The notes beneath the pieces are model-generated. The model was not told the DNA's origin and did no database searches. It saw only the letters and a program-made list of their open reading frames with translations. The translations under genes were made by a program, and so were the position numbers. From a virus, in IMG/VR virus record IMGVR_UViG_3300012953_000013, positions 32,001-96,000 of that record: DNA of 64,000 nt; one strand, written 5' to 3'. This document shows positions 27,903 to 37,679 of this stretch, in pieces. The number at the start of each line of letters is the position of its first letter. The first letter of the stretch is position 1.

Positions 27903-27931
27903 ATTATACCACATCTAGACAACTTTTTCAC
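27903..27931 (-). promoter_or_regulatory. Sigma70-like promoter for the sigma operon
   Basis: GTGAAA-17 nt-TATAAT with an extended TG. Confidence 0.7.
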
Positions 27932-27955
27932 GAAACATCCGCATTTTTTTTATTT

Positions 27956-29530
27956 TTATTCGTCATATACTATAGAGCAACCTACTGACAGCAGAGAATT
28001 AGCTGCTGCAACAGAGTTTTCTAAAGCGCATCTCACTACTTTCTTTGGATCTATAATCCCAAGCTCTAGTAAATTTCCAAATTTTTTCTCTCTAGCATCA
28101 TATCCAACAAAATCTTCTTCTTCTAAAAGCTTGTGGATTATCAAATCAGGAGACTCTCCACAATTAACGCTAATGTTCCACGCAGGTGCTTTAATAGCCT
28201 GAAGAAGCATATTATATCCAGCATAAAAATCAGTGTCCCAAGATTTATTAGATCTTACTTTTGAAGATGCTCTCAAGAGAGCTAAGCCGCCTCCAGGAAG
28301 GATCCCTTCTTCGACAGCTGCTTGAGTGGCATGAAGGGCGTCTTCCACTCTATCTTTTTTCTCTTTTAGCTCAGTTTCAGTAGACCCGCCGACTCTTAAA
28401 ACTGCTACAGCTCCCGCAAGGTTCGATAACCTTCTTCTCAAAACATCTGTTTCATTAGAGTCTAGACTTGAAGTTTGCAACATTTTTTTAATAGCAGAAA
28501 CCCTTGATTCTATTTCATCACTCGAATCAGCAGTCACAAAAATTGATTCATGTCTACTGATTATAACTTTTTTAACTCTTCCCAATTCTTCAATTTTAGT
28601 TGGAAAATCTTCGGCTCCAGAATAAGATTTTGTGTTGAACATCAGCGATAAATCGCTCATGGTATCTACCCTAGCGTTTCCAAACTCGGGGCTTCTAATT
28701 ACACAGACTTTTAAAACTCCCTTAATTGAGTTTAAAACCAGGGCTTTCAATACTTCACCCTCAACTTCATCTGCAACTATCACCAACGGTTTACCATCTC
28801 TAGCGCAAACTTCCAAAATAGGAAGAAGATCTCCCATTGAGCTTATGACTTGGTTTGCTAAAAGAACTACAGGGTTATCTAGCTCACAAACTAATCTGTC
28901 ACTATTAGTAACAAAATACGGTGATACAAACCCCCTGTTTAACTTAAGTCCATCTACGACATCCAAGGAAGTCATAAAGCCTTTTGCTTCTTCCACTGTT
29001 ATGATGCCATCTTTTCCAACAGCATTCATAGCCCTACAAAGAAACTCGCCGATCTCTCTGTCTCCATTCGCAGAAATAGTTCCTACATTTATTATATCTT
29101 CGTCTCCCTTAACAGGACGGGACATTTTATCTAGCTTGTTTAAGACTTCATTTTTTGCTGCTATCATCCCTTCACGGACTTTTACAGCGTTGTGGCCAGA
29201 TGTGAGAAGCTTCATCCCTTCTTGGAAAAGAGCTTGAGATAAAACTGTTGCTGTGGTTGTGCCATCTCCAGCGACTTCAGCTGTTCTAGACGCAGCTTCT
29301 TTAATAAGTTGAACTCCTAAATTCTTATAAGAGTCTTTAAGGTTAATCGACCTGGCAACTGTTACACCATCTTTAGTTAAAATAGGAGGGCCATCAGCAG
29401 ATTCAATAATAACATTTTGCCCAGATGGACCCATTGTGGTTTTTACTGCGTTTGCTAGTAAATTTACACCCTCTAGTAATTCTTCTCTAGCATCGTGAGA
29501 AAAAACTAAAACCCTATTTTCATCTTTCAT
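27956..29530 (-). CDS. groEL: Chaperonin GroEL (phage-type, no GGM tail)
   Basis: TMGPSG, TKDGVTVA, AGDGTTTAT, RVEDALHAT, GGG; 524 aa. Confidence 0.96.
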   Translation of the reverse strand: MKDENRVLVFSHDAREELLEGVNLLANAVKTTMGPSGQNVIIESADGPPILTKDGVTVARSINLKDSYKNLGVQLIKEAASRTAEVAGDGTTTATVLSQALFQEGMKLLTSGHNAVKVREGMIAAKNEVLNKLDKMSRPVKGDEDIINVGTISANGDREIGEFLCRAMNAVGKDGIITVEEAKGFMTSLDVVDGLKLNRGFVSPYFVTNSDRLVCELDNPVVLLANQVISSMGDLLPILEVCARDGKPLVIVADEVEGEVLKALVLNSIKGVLKVCVIRSPEFGNARVDTMSDLSLMFNTKSYSGAEDFPTKIEELGRVKKVIISRHESIFVTADSSDEIESRVSAIKKMLQTSSLDSNETDVLRRRLSNLAGAVAVLRVGGSTETELKEKKDRVEDALHATQAAVEEGILPGGGLALLRASSKVRSNKSWDTDFYAGYNMLLQAIKAPAWNISVNCGESPDLIIHKLLEEEDFVGYDAREKKFGNLLELGIIDPKKVVRCALENSVAAANSLLSVGCSIVYDE

Positions 29531-29533
29531 TTA

Positions 29534-29731
29534 TTACCCCTTTAACAAAGACGGCTTAGAAGATTCTCTAAGAAGACTTGCGCCCTCTTGAATCGCTCGT
29601 TTTTCGCTAGTTATAACGTTTTCTGCGACCAATATATCTCCTGCCCAATATGCAACTTCTTCTGAAGAAATGACTCCATTCAACCTGAGATGGTCTAAAT
29701 AAATTTTTTCTAGATAATTTTGTTTGCTCAT
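29534..29731 (-). CDS. Hypothetical protein (not GroES-like)
   Basis: 65 aa; no PLxDRV motif. Confidence 0.6.
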   Translation of the reverse strand: MSKQNYLEKIYLDHLRLNGVISSEEVAYWAGDILVAENVITSEKRAIQEGASLLRESSKPSLLKG

Positions 29732-30558
29732 TTTAAAACTCCAAAAGTATCAACAAACTTTTTCCATGGCTTCTCTTTAATAATAGAGTTAAAGCCAAAA
29801 TTAGTAAATTGATTTAAAACCCTATCAATATTAAAACAATTTTCTGACTTCTGTATAAGGTTTTCATCTTCTATATCATGAAATTTAATCATAAAAATAT
29901 TATGGTTGAAGGTATCATTTCTTGAAGGGTCTTTTGATAAAAATTCGTTTAGCAACTCTGGATCTTTCGTCATCTTAAGAGCGGTTTTATCTCCAACCCC
30001 CTTAAACCCTTGAATGTTATCAGAACTATCTCCTCGCAAAGCTTTCCAAACGACATAATCAAAATCTGGAGGCTCTACAAAACTCTTTTTAACAGGGTTA
30101 TAGACTTGAATATTACTATGCTCAGAAAAAACCTGGTGAAAATCAGTGTCTGTAGAGACTATAATAACTTCATCTTCTGAGTGGTCTTTATATGCTACAT
30201 GGGCAATAATGTCGTCGCACTCATAGTTAGGGTGTTTTAAGACAGTGATAGGAAAATCATTAATAAGAGCGTTAATAATCTCACGTTTTTGATTTGAATA
30301 ATTTTCGTCTACTTCGTATTCTCTAGTTCCTTTATAGTCAGGCGCTGCTTCTAATCTTGCTTTCGGGCTTCCCTCTAAAACAAAATAAGCTTTTTCAGCA
30401 TCTAGATCCTCTATCAATTTCCTAAGAGATCTAAAAAAATTGTATGTTATTGTGTGAGGGCCTTGCTTTTGCCACCGGGCAGAAAACTTAGCTCTATAAA
30501 GTAAATTGTAGCCATCTAAAATAACTACTCTAGTCTTTGAGTCTTGCGACACGGCCAT
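29728..30558 (-). CDS. 5'-3' exonuclease / flap endonuclease (PolI N-terminal or T4 RNase H-like)
   Basis: LDGYNL, DYKGTR, YECDD, STDTDF, GDSSDNIQG..GVGDKTA. Confidence 0.92.
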   Translation of the reverse strand: MAVSQDSKTRVVILDGYNLLYRAKFSARWQKQGPHTITYNFFRSLRKLIEDLDAEKAYFVLEGSPKARLEAAPDYKGTREYEVDENYSNQKREIINALINDFPITVLKHPNYECDDIIAHVAYKDHSEDEVIIVSTDTDFHQVFSEHSNIQVYNPVKKSFVEPPDFDYVVWKALRGDSSDNIQGFKGVGDKTALKMTKDPELLNEFLSKDPSRNDTFNHNIFMIKFHDIEDENLIQKSENCFNIDRVLNQFTNFGFNSIIKEKPWKKFVDTFGVLK

Positions 30559-30940
30559 CTCCTAAGTCTACTAAAGTACTGTTGCCTGATTGATTTTCAA
30601 TAGGAGAATCAGAACTGGCTTTCTTTTTTGCTATCATCATAGGAGCAGCTGTTTCTCCCCATTTCTCTATAGCTTCATTCGTGGCTTTTTCAACCAAAGA
30701 ATTTATGTTGATTTTAAGCGTTTGAAAAAGGTGGTCTTTCACTTTTTCAGGATTGTCGAAAATAGACCCTTCAAAATCTGAAAGATTTAACAAAGAAGAA
30801 GCGCCAGGAACTTCTACATAAAAATACTCTTCTTCACCAGCTATAGTTTTCTTAGTTACTTGCTCAAAAACTCTAGCTGGAAGTACAGCATTTCTTTGCG
30901 GATCTAAAAGATAAATAACTTGGCCTACATTATACTGCAT
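30530..30940 (-). CDS. Hypothetical protein
   Basis: 136 aa; GAGGTG RBS. Confidence 0.65.
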   Translation of the reverse strand: MQYNVGQVIYLLDPQRNAVLPARVFEQVTKKTIAGEEEYFYVEVPGASSLLNLSDFEGSIFDNPEKVKDHLFQTLKININSLVEKATNEAIEKWGETAAPMMIAKKKASSDSPIENQSGNSTLVDLGDGRVARLKD

Positions 30941-30988
30941 AAAATCACCTCTTTACTAAAAACTATCTAAAAACCTAAAAAAGTACAG

Positions 30989-31645
30989 TTAAACTTTTTC
31001 TAATGAAATTGAATAGCTTGCAGGGTTAGATTGCCAATACTCTAAAGATTTCTTAGCCATTTTTTCTTCATACAGAGTTTCAGCAGCAAGTAGCTTGGCT
31101 TTAGCCTTTAAGATAAACTGCTCATTTCTATTTTCGATTTTTCCCACTAGAGGAGTACATCTTTCGATGCAGTTTCTCACCAAGAGTCTAGACTTTCCTC
31201 TAGAGCCTGGAGCTGGAGGTTTAAAATCAGAAACAGTCAAATCTTTAAAATAAAAAACTGCGAAGTTTTCGAAATATTCATCGCAGCAAACATAAAGAAA
31301 ATCGCAACTACCTTTACGCTCTAGCGTTGCGTAATCTGCTTGAAAAGCCCATGATCCGCCCTTCCTCTTCGTAGTTATCTTACACTCTAGTTCTTTGTTG
31401 ATTTCGGGAACTAAAATATCTGGTTGTCCCGTCCGTCCGTCAGAAATAGCGGTGCTAAACCGCTTTTGAATTTCTTGGCAGAAAAATACTTCTTGGGGAC
31501 GAGACATTAAGATGTTTCTGCGACCCAAGTCTTGATAAAAATCTAGATCATAATCACAGTGAACAGACTCTAAGTCCTTATGGAACTTCTTCATTTTTTC
31601 GATAGCACTTTTTGCCATCTGCGCATTTAAATAATGCATACACAC
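30989..31645 (-). CDS. PD-(D/E)XK restriction-endonuclease-like protein
   Basis: PE...Q...GQPDIL...LECKIT catalytic pattern. Confidence 0.6.
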   Translation of the reverse strand: MCMHYLNAQMAKSAIEKMKKFHKDLESVHCDYDLDFYQDLGRRNILMSRPQEVFFCQEIQKRFSTAISDGRTGQPDILVPEINKELECKITTKRKGGSWAFQADYATLERKGSCDFLYVCCDEYFENFAVFYFKDLTVSDFKPPAPGSRGKSRLLVRNCIERCTPLVGKIENRNEQFILKAKAKLLAAETLYEEKMAKKSLEYWQSNPASYSISLEKV

Positions 31646-31662
31646 CTCCTAACGATATGTTT

Positions 31663-31691
31663 ATTATATCATAGTCGAGGGTATTTTTCAC
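31663..31691 (-). promoter_or_regulatory. Sigma70-like promoter
   Basis: GTGAAA-17 nt-TATAAT with an extended TG. Confidence 0.7.
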
Positions 31692-31699
31692 GCTTTTAT

Positions 31700-32062
31700 T
31701 TAATTATTTTCCATTTTGTTTCTGACACTTTCGGTTATTTTCTGCCCTTTTGAAACTGCTTCTTGAAGAGGCTCAAGACCAAGAGCAATCCTCACCTTAT
31801 CATAAGATGCGGCATCAAATTTTTCTTTTAAAACAGATAAATCGGCATACTGATGCAGATCGAGCTGAACTACTGGAACTGGGTCTCCGTCTAGTCCGGG
31901 CTCAAATTCTCCAGTTTCTCTAGACTCAAAAACAAAAAGCATTTTTGGCATCTCTTGTTCTTGCGGTACTTGAATAAATGGGATATGCGAGCTTATTCCA
32001 TCTACTTCTTCTTCATAACAAATTTCTGGCACCCAATTGCTTGGAGCGTTATTCTTTTTCAT
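31700..32062 (-). CDS. Hypothetical protein
   Basis: 120 aa; AAGGAG RBS. Confidence 0.75.
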   Translation of the reverse strand: MKKNNAPSNWVPEICYEEEVDGISSHIPFIQVPQEQEMPKMLFVFESRETGEFEPGLDGDPVPVVQLDLHQYADLSVLKEKFDAASYDKVRIALGLEPLQEAVSKGQKITESVRNKMENN

Positions 32063-32081
32063 TTTATCTCCTTTTGATGAA

Positions 32082-32110
32082 ATAATACTCTAACTACGAT
32101 TAATTTACAA
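32082..32110 (-). promoter_or_regulatory. Sigma70-like promoter
   Basis: TTGTAA-17 nt-TATTAT. Confidence 0.55.
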
Positions 32111-32206
32111 CTTTATTGTCTGGCAATCGTATTAGATTCGTCAATCTTCTCTGCTATTATATCTTTCATTTATTCAGTGTAATACTTTGAATTCTTTGAT
32201 AGCATT

Positions 32207-32713
32207 CTAAAAAGTCTTTCTCCAATCTCGAGCTCCACCAACAGTTTTAGAACACTCTAGAGCATCTTCATAAGTAATATCATCATCTTCTTCAGAGTCA
32301 AACCAAAGAGCTCCTCTCAGCCTAACTGGCAAATACCTAACTGTTAATTCTTCCCCTGCTTTAATATCTCTTCTAGTTGTAAACTCAATAGTTTCATATT
32401 CGAAATTTTGCCGCCAAACAACGCTACAATCTCTTAAGTGGTTATAAACTGCAGCCCAACCCAAAGCATAAGCTAAAAATCCATCTTTCCACGCAAAAGG
32501 ATAATCTTGAAGTATATGTCGACAGTTGTTAATCTCGTAAAGATGCTCTGATATGGAGTTATGGACAAGAACAACAGGAGCAGACTCTATCATTGTATGA
32601 GCTGGAATATCTTCTTTAGCAAACATCCCCCACCTGTGAATAGGAGACTCTGCGACTTCTACTCTGCTATCTATAAAAACTTTTGGAAATGAATTACGAG
32701 GTTCTCTAAACAC
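32207..32713 (-). CDS. SET-domain protein-lysine methyltransferase
   Basis: SPIHRWGMFAKEDI, YNH, RDIKAGEELTVRY. Confidence 0.9.
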   Translation of the reverse strand: MFREPRNSFPKVFIDSRVEVAESPIHRWGMFAKEDIPAHTMIESAPVVLVHNSISEHLYEINNCRHILQDYPFAWKDGFLAYALGWAAVYNHLRDCSVVWRQNFEYETIEFTTRRDIKAGEELTVRYLPVRLRGALWFDSEEDDDITYEDALECSKTVGGARDWRKTF

Positions 32714-33993
32714 TACACACTCACTGAAGAAACTGATGTTCGCATTGCTTTCAGTAATTCTTCAGTCTGGAGTCCGAGCTGTCCATATTCTGAATCTTCT
32801 ATTATCTTTTTCACATCTGCATCCACATCATCTGGGTATAATACATCATAAGCATTTTTATGAGTCTCGTAAATACCGTTTGCTGCTTCGTGTGCACTTT
32901 GTCTTAATCTTACAATAATATTTCCAAACGCAACAGACCTAATTTGCTGCATTTTTTCTTCTTCAGTAACTGCAGCTAATTCTTCTTCTGATGGCTCTCT
33001 ATTTCCTTGACTTGCAAGAACCATTTTTGCAGCTTCTTCAGATGCTCCGTCTTGAGCTGCTATCTCTTTTGAGTCTGCCGCTAACGAAGCTTCTAGTTCA
33101 GCTTTAGAAGGCATGCCTGTTTCAGGGCTTATTTGCTGTAGCTTATCAAGAACTGCTAAATAATCATTTAACCCTTGTACTGCGCCAAGTTCTCCAAGGA
33201 TCTCGACTAAACTATTAGCAGATTTCACGTCGTCTAAAAGCTCTGATGCGTCATTAATCATGGCTTTTCTAGCTTCTTCAACCCCAGGGAGACCACCGTT
33301 CTCATCAATAATAAGATTAATACCTTCTTCAGTCAATTCAACACCATCAAAATCTCTCTCTTCAAATGGAGGGATATCTTCTTGCTGTTCTTCTTGCTCT
33401 AAAATCATATTAGATCCCGGATCATATCCGGCCATAAATAAACTGTTTAGACCGCGAAGGGCTTTTGAAATCAGTCCGGACTGCTCTCTTTTTCTTGCTC
33501 TTGCTACACTATTTCTATCGGGGCTAGCTAATTCGCCCGGAGTATAATCACCAAAACCAGCACCTCGAAAAAATTCTGCAACTCCTTCTACTGCTCCTCT
33601 ACCACCCTGGGTTTTTGCTGCGACGAACGCGCCAGGATTTAAAAGGAATGCACCTATAGCTACGTCCTGGCTTATCGGTAACTTATCTAAAAGCTGCTGG
33701 GTTTGACCATCTAAGTCTCTCATTCTATCATTATGATTGTCCATAATGTTTTGAATTTTTTGCCTATTGAAGCTTGTCATGACTCTAAACAAAGTCAAGA
33801 GATTCGCAAGCGTTTTTTGAGCTTCAAGCTTTGCTATTTTTAAAACTTCTATCCAGGGTTGGATTAAAGCATCCCAAACTTGACTGGCAGAAAAATTAAT
33901 TGTATACTGCTCAGAAATAATTGGAGACTCTTTTTTATTTTTTAAAGCATGCCTGATTGCTTCTCTTAGTTCTTCTTCGGTAACTTGTTGCAT
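32713..33993 (-). CDS. Acidic hypothetical protein (probable virion protein)
   Basis: EELREAIRHAL, IISE and ILEQE motifs shared with the 38-48 kb block. Confidence 0.65.
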   Translation of the reverse strand: MQQVTEEELREAIRHALKNKKESPIISEQYTINFSASQVWDALIQPWIEVLKIAKLEAQKTLANLLTLFRVMTSFNRQKIQNIMDNHNDRMRDLDGQTQQLLDKLPISQDVAIGAFLLNPGAFVAAKTQGGRGAVEGVAEFFRGAGFGDYTPGELASPDRNSVARARKREQSGLISKALRGLNSLFMAGYDPGSNMILEQEEQQEDIPPFEERDFDGVELTEEGINLIIDENGGLPGVEEARKAMINDASELLDDVKSANSLVEILGELGAVQGLNDYLAVLDKLQQISPETGMPSKAELEASLAADSKEIAAQDGASEEAAKMVLASQGNREPSEEELAAVTEEEKMQQIRSVAFGNIIVRLRQSAHEAANGIYETHKNAYDVLYPDDVDADVKKIIEDSEYGQLGLQTEELLKAMRTSVSSVSV

Positions 33994-34046
33994 ATTTCCT
34001 TCACCATTTTATGTAAAACACTGACTACCTCTATAAGTATTATAAA

Positions 34047-34739
34047 GTGGGTAATTCTTTCATGAAACGAGTTTTTACATTTTTATTAGCTTTAGGGTTG
34101 TTAATGCCAAACTTTACGATGGCAACACCCTCCCCTGATATATTCTTATCTTCTAACTCAGTTGTAAACCGTCATCATAGAGAAAGTAGAGAATCTTCGG
34201 TAAAAATAGTAACTCTTCGAGGGCATGGATCTGGTAGTTATTTCAGGGCTGGCCAAAGACATTTTATCCTTACTGCCAAGCATGTTTTAAGAGGGGTGGA
34301 AATTGTTACAATTCAAGCCGGAGGAAATGAGCTGGTTATAGGAGAGGTTAAGTGGAGATCTGAAACTCAAGATATAGCAATAATCGAGATACCAGAACTT
34401 CAAACAAGAAACCCTGCGAGAATACGAACTTCCAACATCAGAGAATTAGAAATTGGAGATGAGCTCGTGTATTCTGGATATCCGGGAAGAAACAGCTTAC
34501 TAACTTCTGGAGCAATGGTCTCTGGAACAAACAATGGAAGATATATTCTACAAGGGTTTGCGTGGCCTGGGTCTTCAGGCAGTGGAATAATAGACGAAAG
34601 AGGAAAAATAAGAGGCGTTTTAGTAGCCATAGGAATCGAATGGGCAGCTGGGAATCCCCAACTTCTTGAAACAGTAGTTTGGATGGAACCCATTACCACG
34701 ATGACGTGGAGGGAGATAAGAACAGCTCTAGAGTTATAG
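34047..34739 (+). CDS. Secreted trypsin-like (S1) serine protease
   Basis: Signal peptide; GSG, LTAKH, DIAI and PGSSGS catalytic triad motifs. Confidence 0.9.
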   Translation: MGNSFMKRVFTFLLALGLLMPNFTMATPSPDIFLSSNSVVNRHHRESRESSVKIVTLRGHGSGSYFRAGQRHFILTAKHVLRGVEIVTIQAGGNELVIGEVKWRSETQDIAIIEIPELQTRNPARIRTSNIRELEIGDELVYSGYPGRNSLLTSGAMVSGTNNGRYILQGFAWPGSSGSGIIDERGKIRGVLVAIGIEWAAGNPQLLETVVWMEPITTMTWREIRTALEL

Positions 34740-34799
34740 TTTTAAGTTTAGTCATCGTTGCACTTTCAGTTCTTTTCCAAAAGAGATTAGGAGGATCCT

Positions 34800-36365
34800 A
34801 TGCGGAAAAAAGTACTTGCAGCATGTATACTAGCTATCACTGGTTGTAGTGATTACAACTTAGAAAAAATTGTTCAACTCGCGCCAGAAATCGAGGTTAC
34901 TCCTCTGGAGCACGACTACGGAGCTCTAAACGCTGACGGGGAATCAAGCGAAATAACCGTGACTATAACAAATATTGGAAACGATGATCTAGAACTAGAA
35001 TCCATTTATCTTTTAAACGATTATTCAAACTTTAATATAGAAGACTCTTACCCCTCTTTTTTGCAGCCTGGAGAAAACACTGAATTAAGAATTTCATATG
35101 ATCCACTGACTTATGAAACAAATGAAGACCATTTAGTTATTATATCTAACGACGGAGATGAATCAGAAATTTATATTCCGTTAAATGGATCTGGGGATGC
35201 TCCAGTAATTTACGTAAAACCAGACTACTATGATTTTGGATTAACATATATCGGATGCGAAGACCAACTAGAAATTATTATTTCAAACGTAGGAAACGTA
35301 GACTTAGAAGTAAGCGACATAGATTACTACGTTACTACACCTCAAAATTTATATTCTGATCCTGAAGAGGCGAATGGGCCACTACCATGGACTCTTACGC
35401 CGGGTGAGGAAGTTTATTTAAGCGTAGACTATCTTCCGGCTGATTTAGTTGATGACGACGCATATGCTAGAATATCCTCTAATGATCCACTGAGGCCCGA
35501 AGTAGACGCTGTCCAAATAGGATATGGGGATTATGAAGATATTATAATAGACGTACACGAACAGGGAGACGTTACCCCCGTAGATATACTTTTTGTTGTC
35601 GATAATTCTGGGTCTATGAGTGCTAATCAAACGCAGCTAGCAAACAACTTTGATACTTTTATCAACGTATTCGCAGTCTCAGGAGTAGATTATCAAATTG
35701 CATTTATAACAACTGACGACCCAGACTTTGTCGGAGATATTATTACGCCATTAACTACAGACCCTGTAGCTGAGGCAACAAGTCAGATTGCTTCTATCGG
35801 ATGGAGCGGGAGTCCCCATGAAAAAGGGTTTGATATGTCATACCAAGCAACTAGTGCAGGAGGAGACGCAGCCCCAGGATCTACTTTTTTAAGAGATGAT
35901 GCCAGGTTAGTTGTTATATACATTTCTGACGAAGATGACTTTTCAACCACTATCTCTCTAGGTGTTGACATGGCTAACCACCTATACTCTCTTAAGTCGA
36001 GCCCATCCTTAGCCATAGCTCACGCTGTAGCCGGTGATGTTCCTTCTGGGTGTGCTGGAAACGGAGGAGCAACAGCAGCAACTGAATACAATAATGCTGT
36101 TGTCGCAATGAGTGGAACATTTTTATCGATTTGCGCTACAGATTGGGGCACCCCAATGGAAGAACTAGCTAGAGACTCAGTTGGTTTGGTACAGTTTGCA
36201 CTTTCAGAACAACCAATTGAAGACACTATATGGATAACAGTTGATGGGGTTGTTAATACTGATTGGACATATGATTCAACTACTCAAGCCGTCATATTCA
36301 GTATTCCTCCGCCTGAAGGTTCTGAAATTGTTATAACTTATGCGCTATTTCCTGAATGTAATTAA
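34800..36365 (+). CDS. Lipoprotein with two Ig-like (choice-of-anchor D/ASH-type) domains and a vWA domain
   Basis: Lipobox ITG-C; two TI.N.G...L...SND repeats; MIDAS DILFVVDNSGSM. Confidence 0.85.
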   Translation: MRKKVLAACILAITGCSDYNLEKIVQLAPEIEVTPLEHDYGALNADGESSEITVTITNIGNDDLELESIYLLNDYSNFNIEDSYPSFLQPGENTELRISYDPLTYETNEDHLVIISNDGDESEIYIPLNGSGDAPVIYVKPDYYDFGLTYIGCEDQLEIIISNVGNVDLEVSDIDYYVTTPQNLYSDPEEANGPLPWTLTPGEEVYLSVDYLPADLVDDDAYARISSNDPLRPEVDAVQIGYGDYEDIIIDVHEQGDVTPVDILFVVDNSGSMSANQTQLANNFDTFINVFAVSGVDYQIAFITTDDPDFVGDIITPLTTDPVAEATSQIASIGWSGSPHEKGFDMSYQATSAGGDAAPGSTFLRDDARLVVIYISDEDDFSTTISLGVDMANHLYSLKSSPSLAIAHAVAGDVPSGCAGNGGATAATEYNNAVVAMSGTFLSICATDWGTPMEELARDSVGLVQFALSEQPIEDTIWITVDGVVNTDWTYDSTTQAVIFSIPPPEGSEIVITYALFPECN

Positions 36366-37627
36366 AATCGAGACATTGAATTAATTAATCTTATCTCATT
36401 TGCAATTTCATTAAGCGATTCTGAATCTTGGACAGGGGGAATTTTTCCCCTGCCATATCTTGGAATTCCGAGAATGTGATTTAAGGGAGCAAAATTTCCC
36501 GTAATCTTGTATGTAGAGTCATTAAAGCCGTAATTAAAAACAAGTCCCTCTACCGGTGAAGTTATTCTGCCGCATTTTTCAAACTTATCAACATATCGTT
36601 CAATAAGCTTTTTTCTAGCAGACTCATGTCCATCAGAACAAGATTCTACCAGCATGATCGCTGCTTGAACTGAATTTTGAAGACGAGTTTTCTCCCTAGC
36701 AGAATCTTCAATCATCACAGAATCTACATTTTCTAAAATTCGAGCTCCCGTATAAGTCACAACTAGCTCAATTGGAAGCATAGCACTGCCAATAACTTTG
36801 TTTCTATTAACAGATTTACCCAGTTCCGAAACTTGATTTGCGATGTATGGAGGTAAACCTTTTTTGATTTTAACTAGAGAAGTATCTCCTTCTCCAAAGA
36901 TATGAGCCATTAATTGCTTTTTTCTGTCTGGAGAAATTCGAAGATTATTGATAACCCCATTTTCTAAAGTTACTTTTGCAAAATCTCGAAGAGTTGATTT
37001 TGAGTTGCATCCAGAAGCCAGCATAATTTTATTCATACTGTCTTCAAAATTGCTTAAAACTCCATCTCCACGCAAATCTTCAAGCTCTACTAATACAGGA
37101 GGAGAAACTCGCCATTCATTACCATTTACCATAACGGAAAATTCTGAACATCCATGGGCATAACTACTAAAAGATTCTGCTATTCCTCCAGGAGCGTCTC
37201 CAAAAAAATTGCGTACCCCGTGAAACACAATCGCGCATTCATCATAATCAATGGTCATCGGGCGATGCTTGTTGATTAGATCGCAATTAACCCAGTTCCT
37301 ACCGGTAAAACCAAATGGCCAAAACGAGTTTTTGGTAAGCCGATAAAGAGCTTCTGAACCATCTACAAAAGTCTGTTCTGCAGGGTGCCCTTCCATTAAT
37401 TTTGCAAATTGAGGTTGAGTTAAACCGCCTGCGTCGCGATGCTTTCCACTAGTTGAGAATCGGAGATCTCCAGATGAGTCTACCCTAAAGTGGACGTTGA
37501 TACCGTCGAATTTCTCTGTGGCCCTGAGATTGCCCGTACAGGTTTGGTAAAAGATTTCATTAATATCACCAAAGGTAAGATCTAAATCCTCCCAGAGGTG
37601 GCTCATGTGTCCGCCAAGTGATCCCAT
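36362..37627 (-). CDS. Ligase-type nucleotidyltransferase fold protein (DUF6267-like)
   Basis: GGHMSHLWE; TEKFDG (KxDG motif I); VEGLV...YKITG (motifs IV-V). Confidence 0.65.
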   Translation of the reverse strand: MGSLGGHMSHLWEDLDLTFGDINEIFYQTCTGNLRATEKFDGINVHFRVDSSGDLRFSTSGKHRDAGGLTQPQFAKLMEGHPAEQTFVDGSEALYRLTKNSFWPFGFTGRNWVNCDLINKHRPMTIDYDECAIVFHGVRNFFGDAPGGIAESFSSYAHGCSEFSVMVNGNEWRVSPPVLVELEDLRGDGVLSNFEDSMNKIMLASGCNSKSTLRDFAKVTLENGVINNLRISPDRKKQLMAHIFGEGDTSLVKIKKGLPPYIANQVSELGKSVNRNKVIGSAMLPIELVVTYTGARILENVDSVMIEDSAREKTRLQNSVQAAIMLVESCSDGHESARKKLIERYVDKFEKCGRITSPVEGLVFNYGFNDSTYKITGNFAPLNHILGIPRYGRGKIPPVQDSESLNEIANEIRLINSMSRF

Positions 37628-37650
37628 ATTTATTCTCCTTTTATAATATT

Positions 37651-37679
37651 ATTATATAAGAGAACACTGGATTTTACAA
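37651..37679 (-). promoter_or_regulatory. Sigma70-like promoter
   Basis: TTGTAA-17 nt-TATAAT. Confidence 0.65.

Noticed and set aside
29534-29731. GroES candidate upstream of groEL
   Set aside because: Too short, and it lacks the PLxDRV, mobile-loop and GxG motifs.
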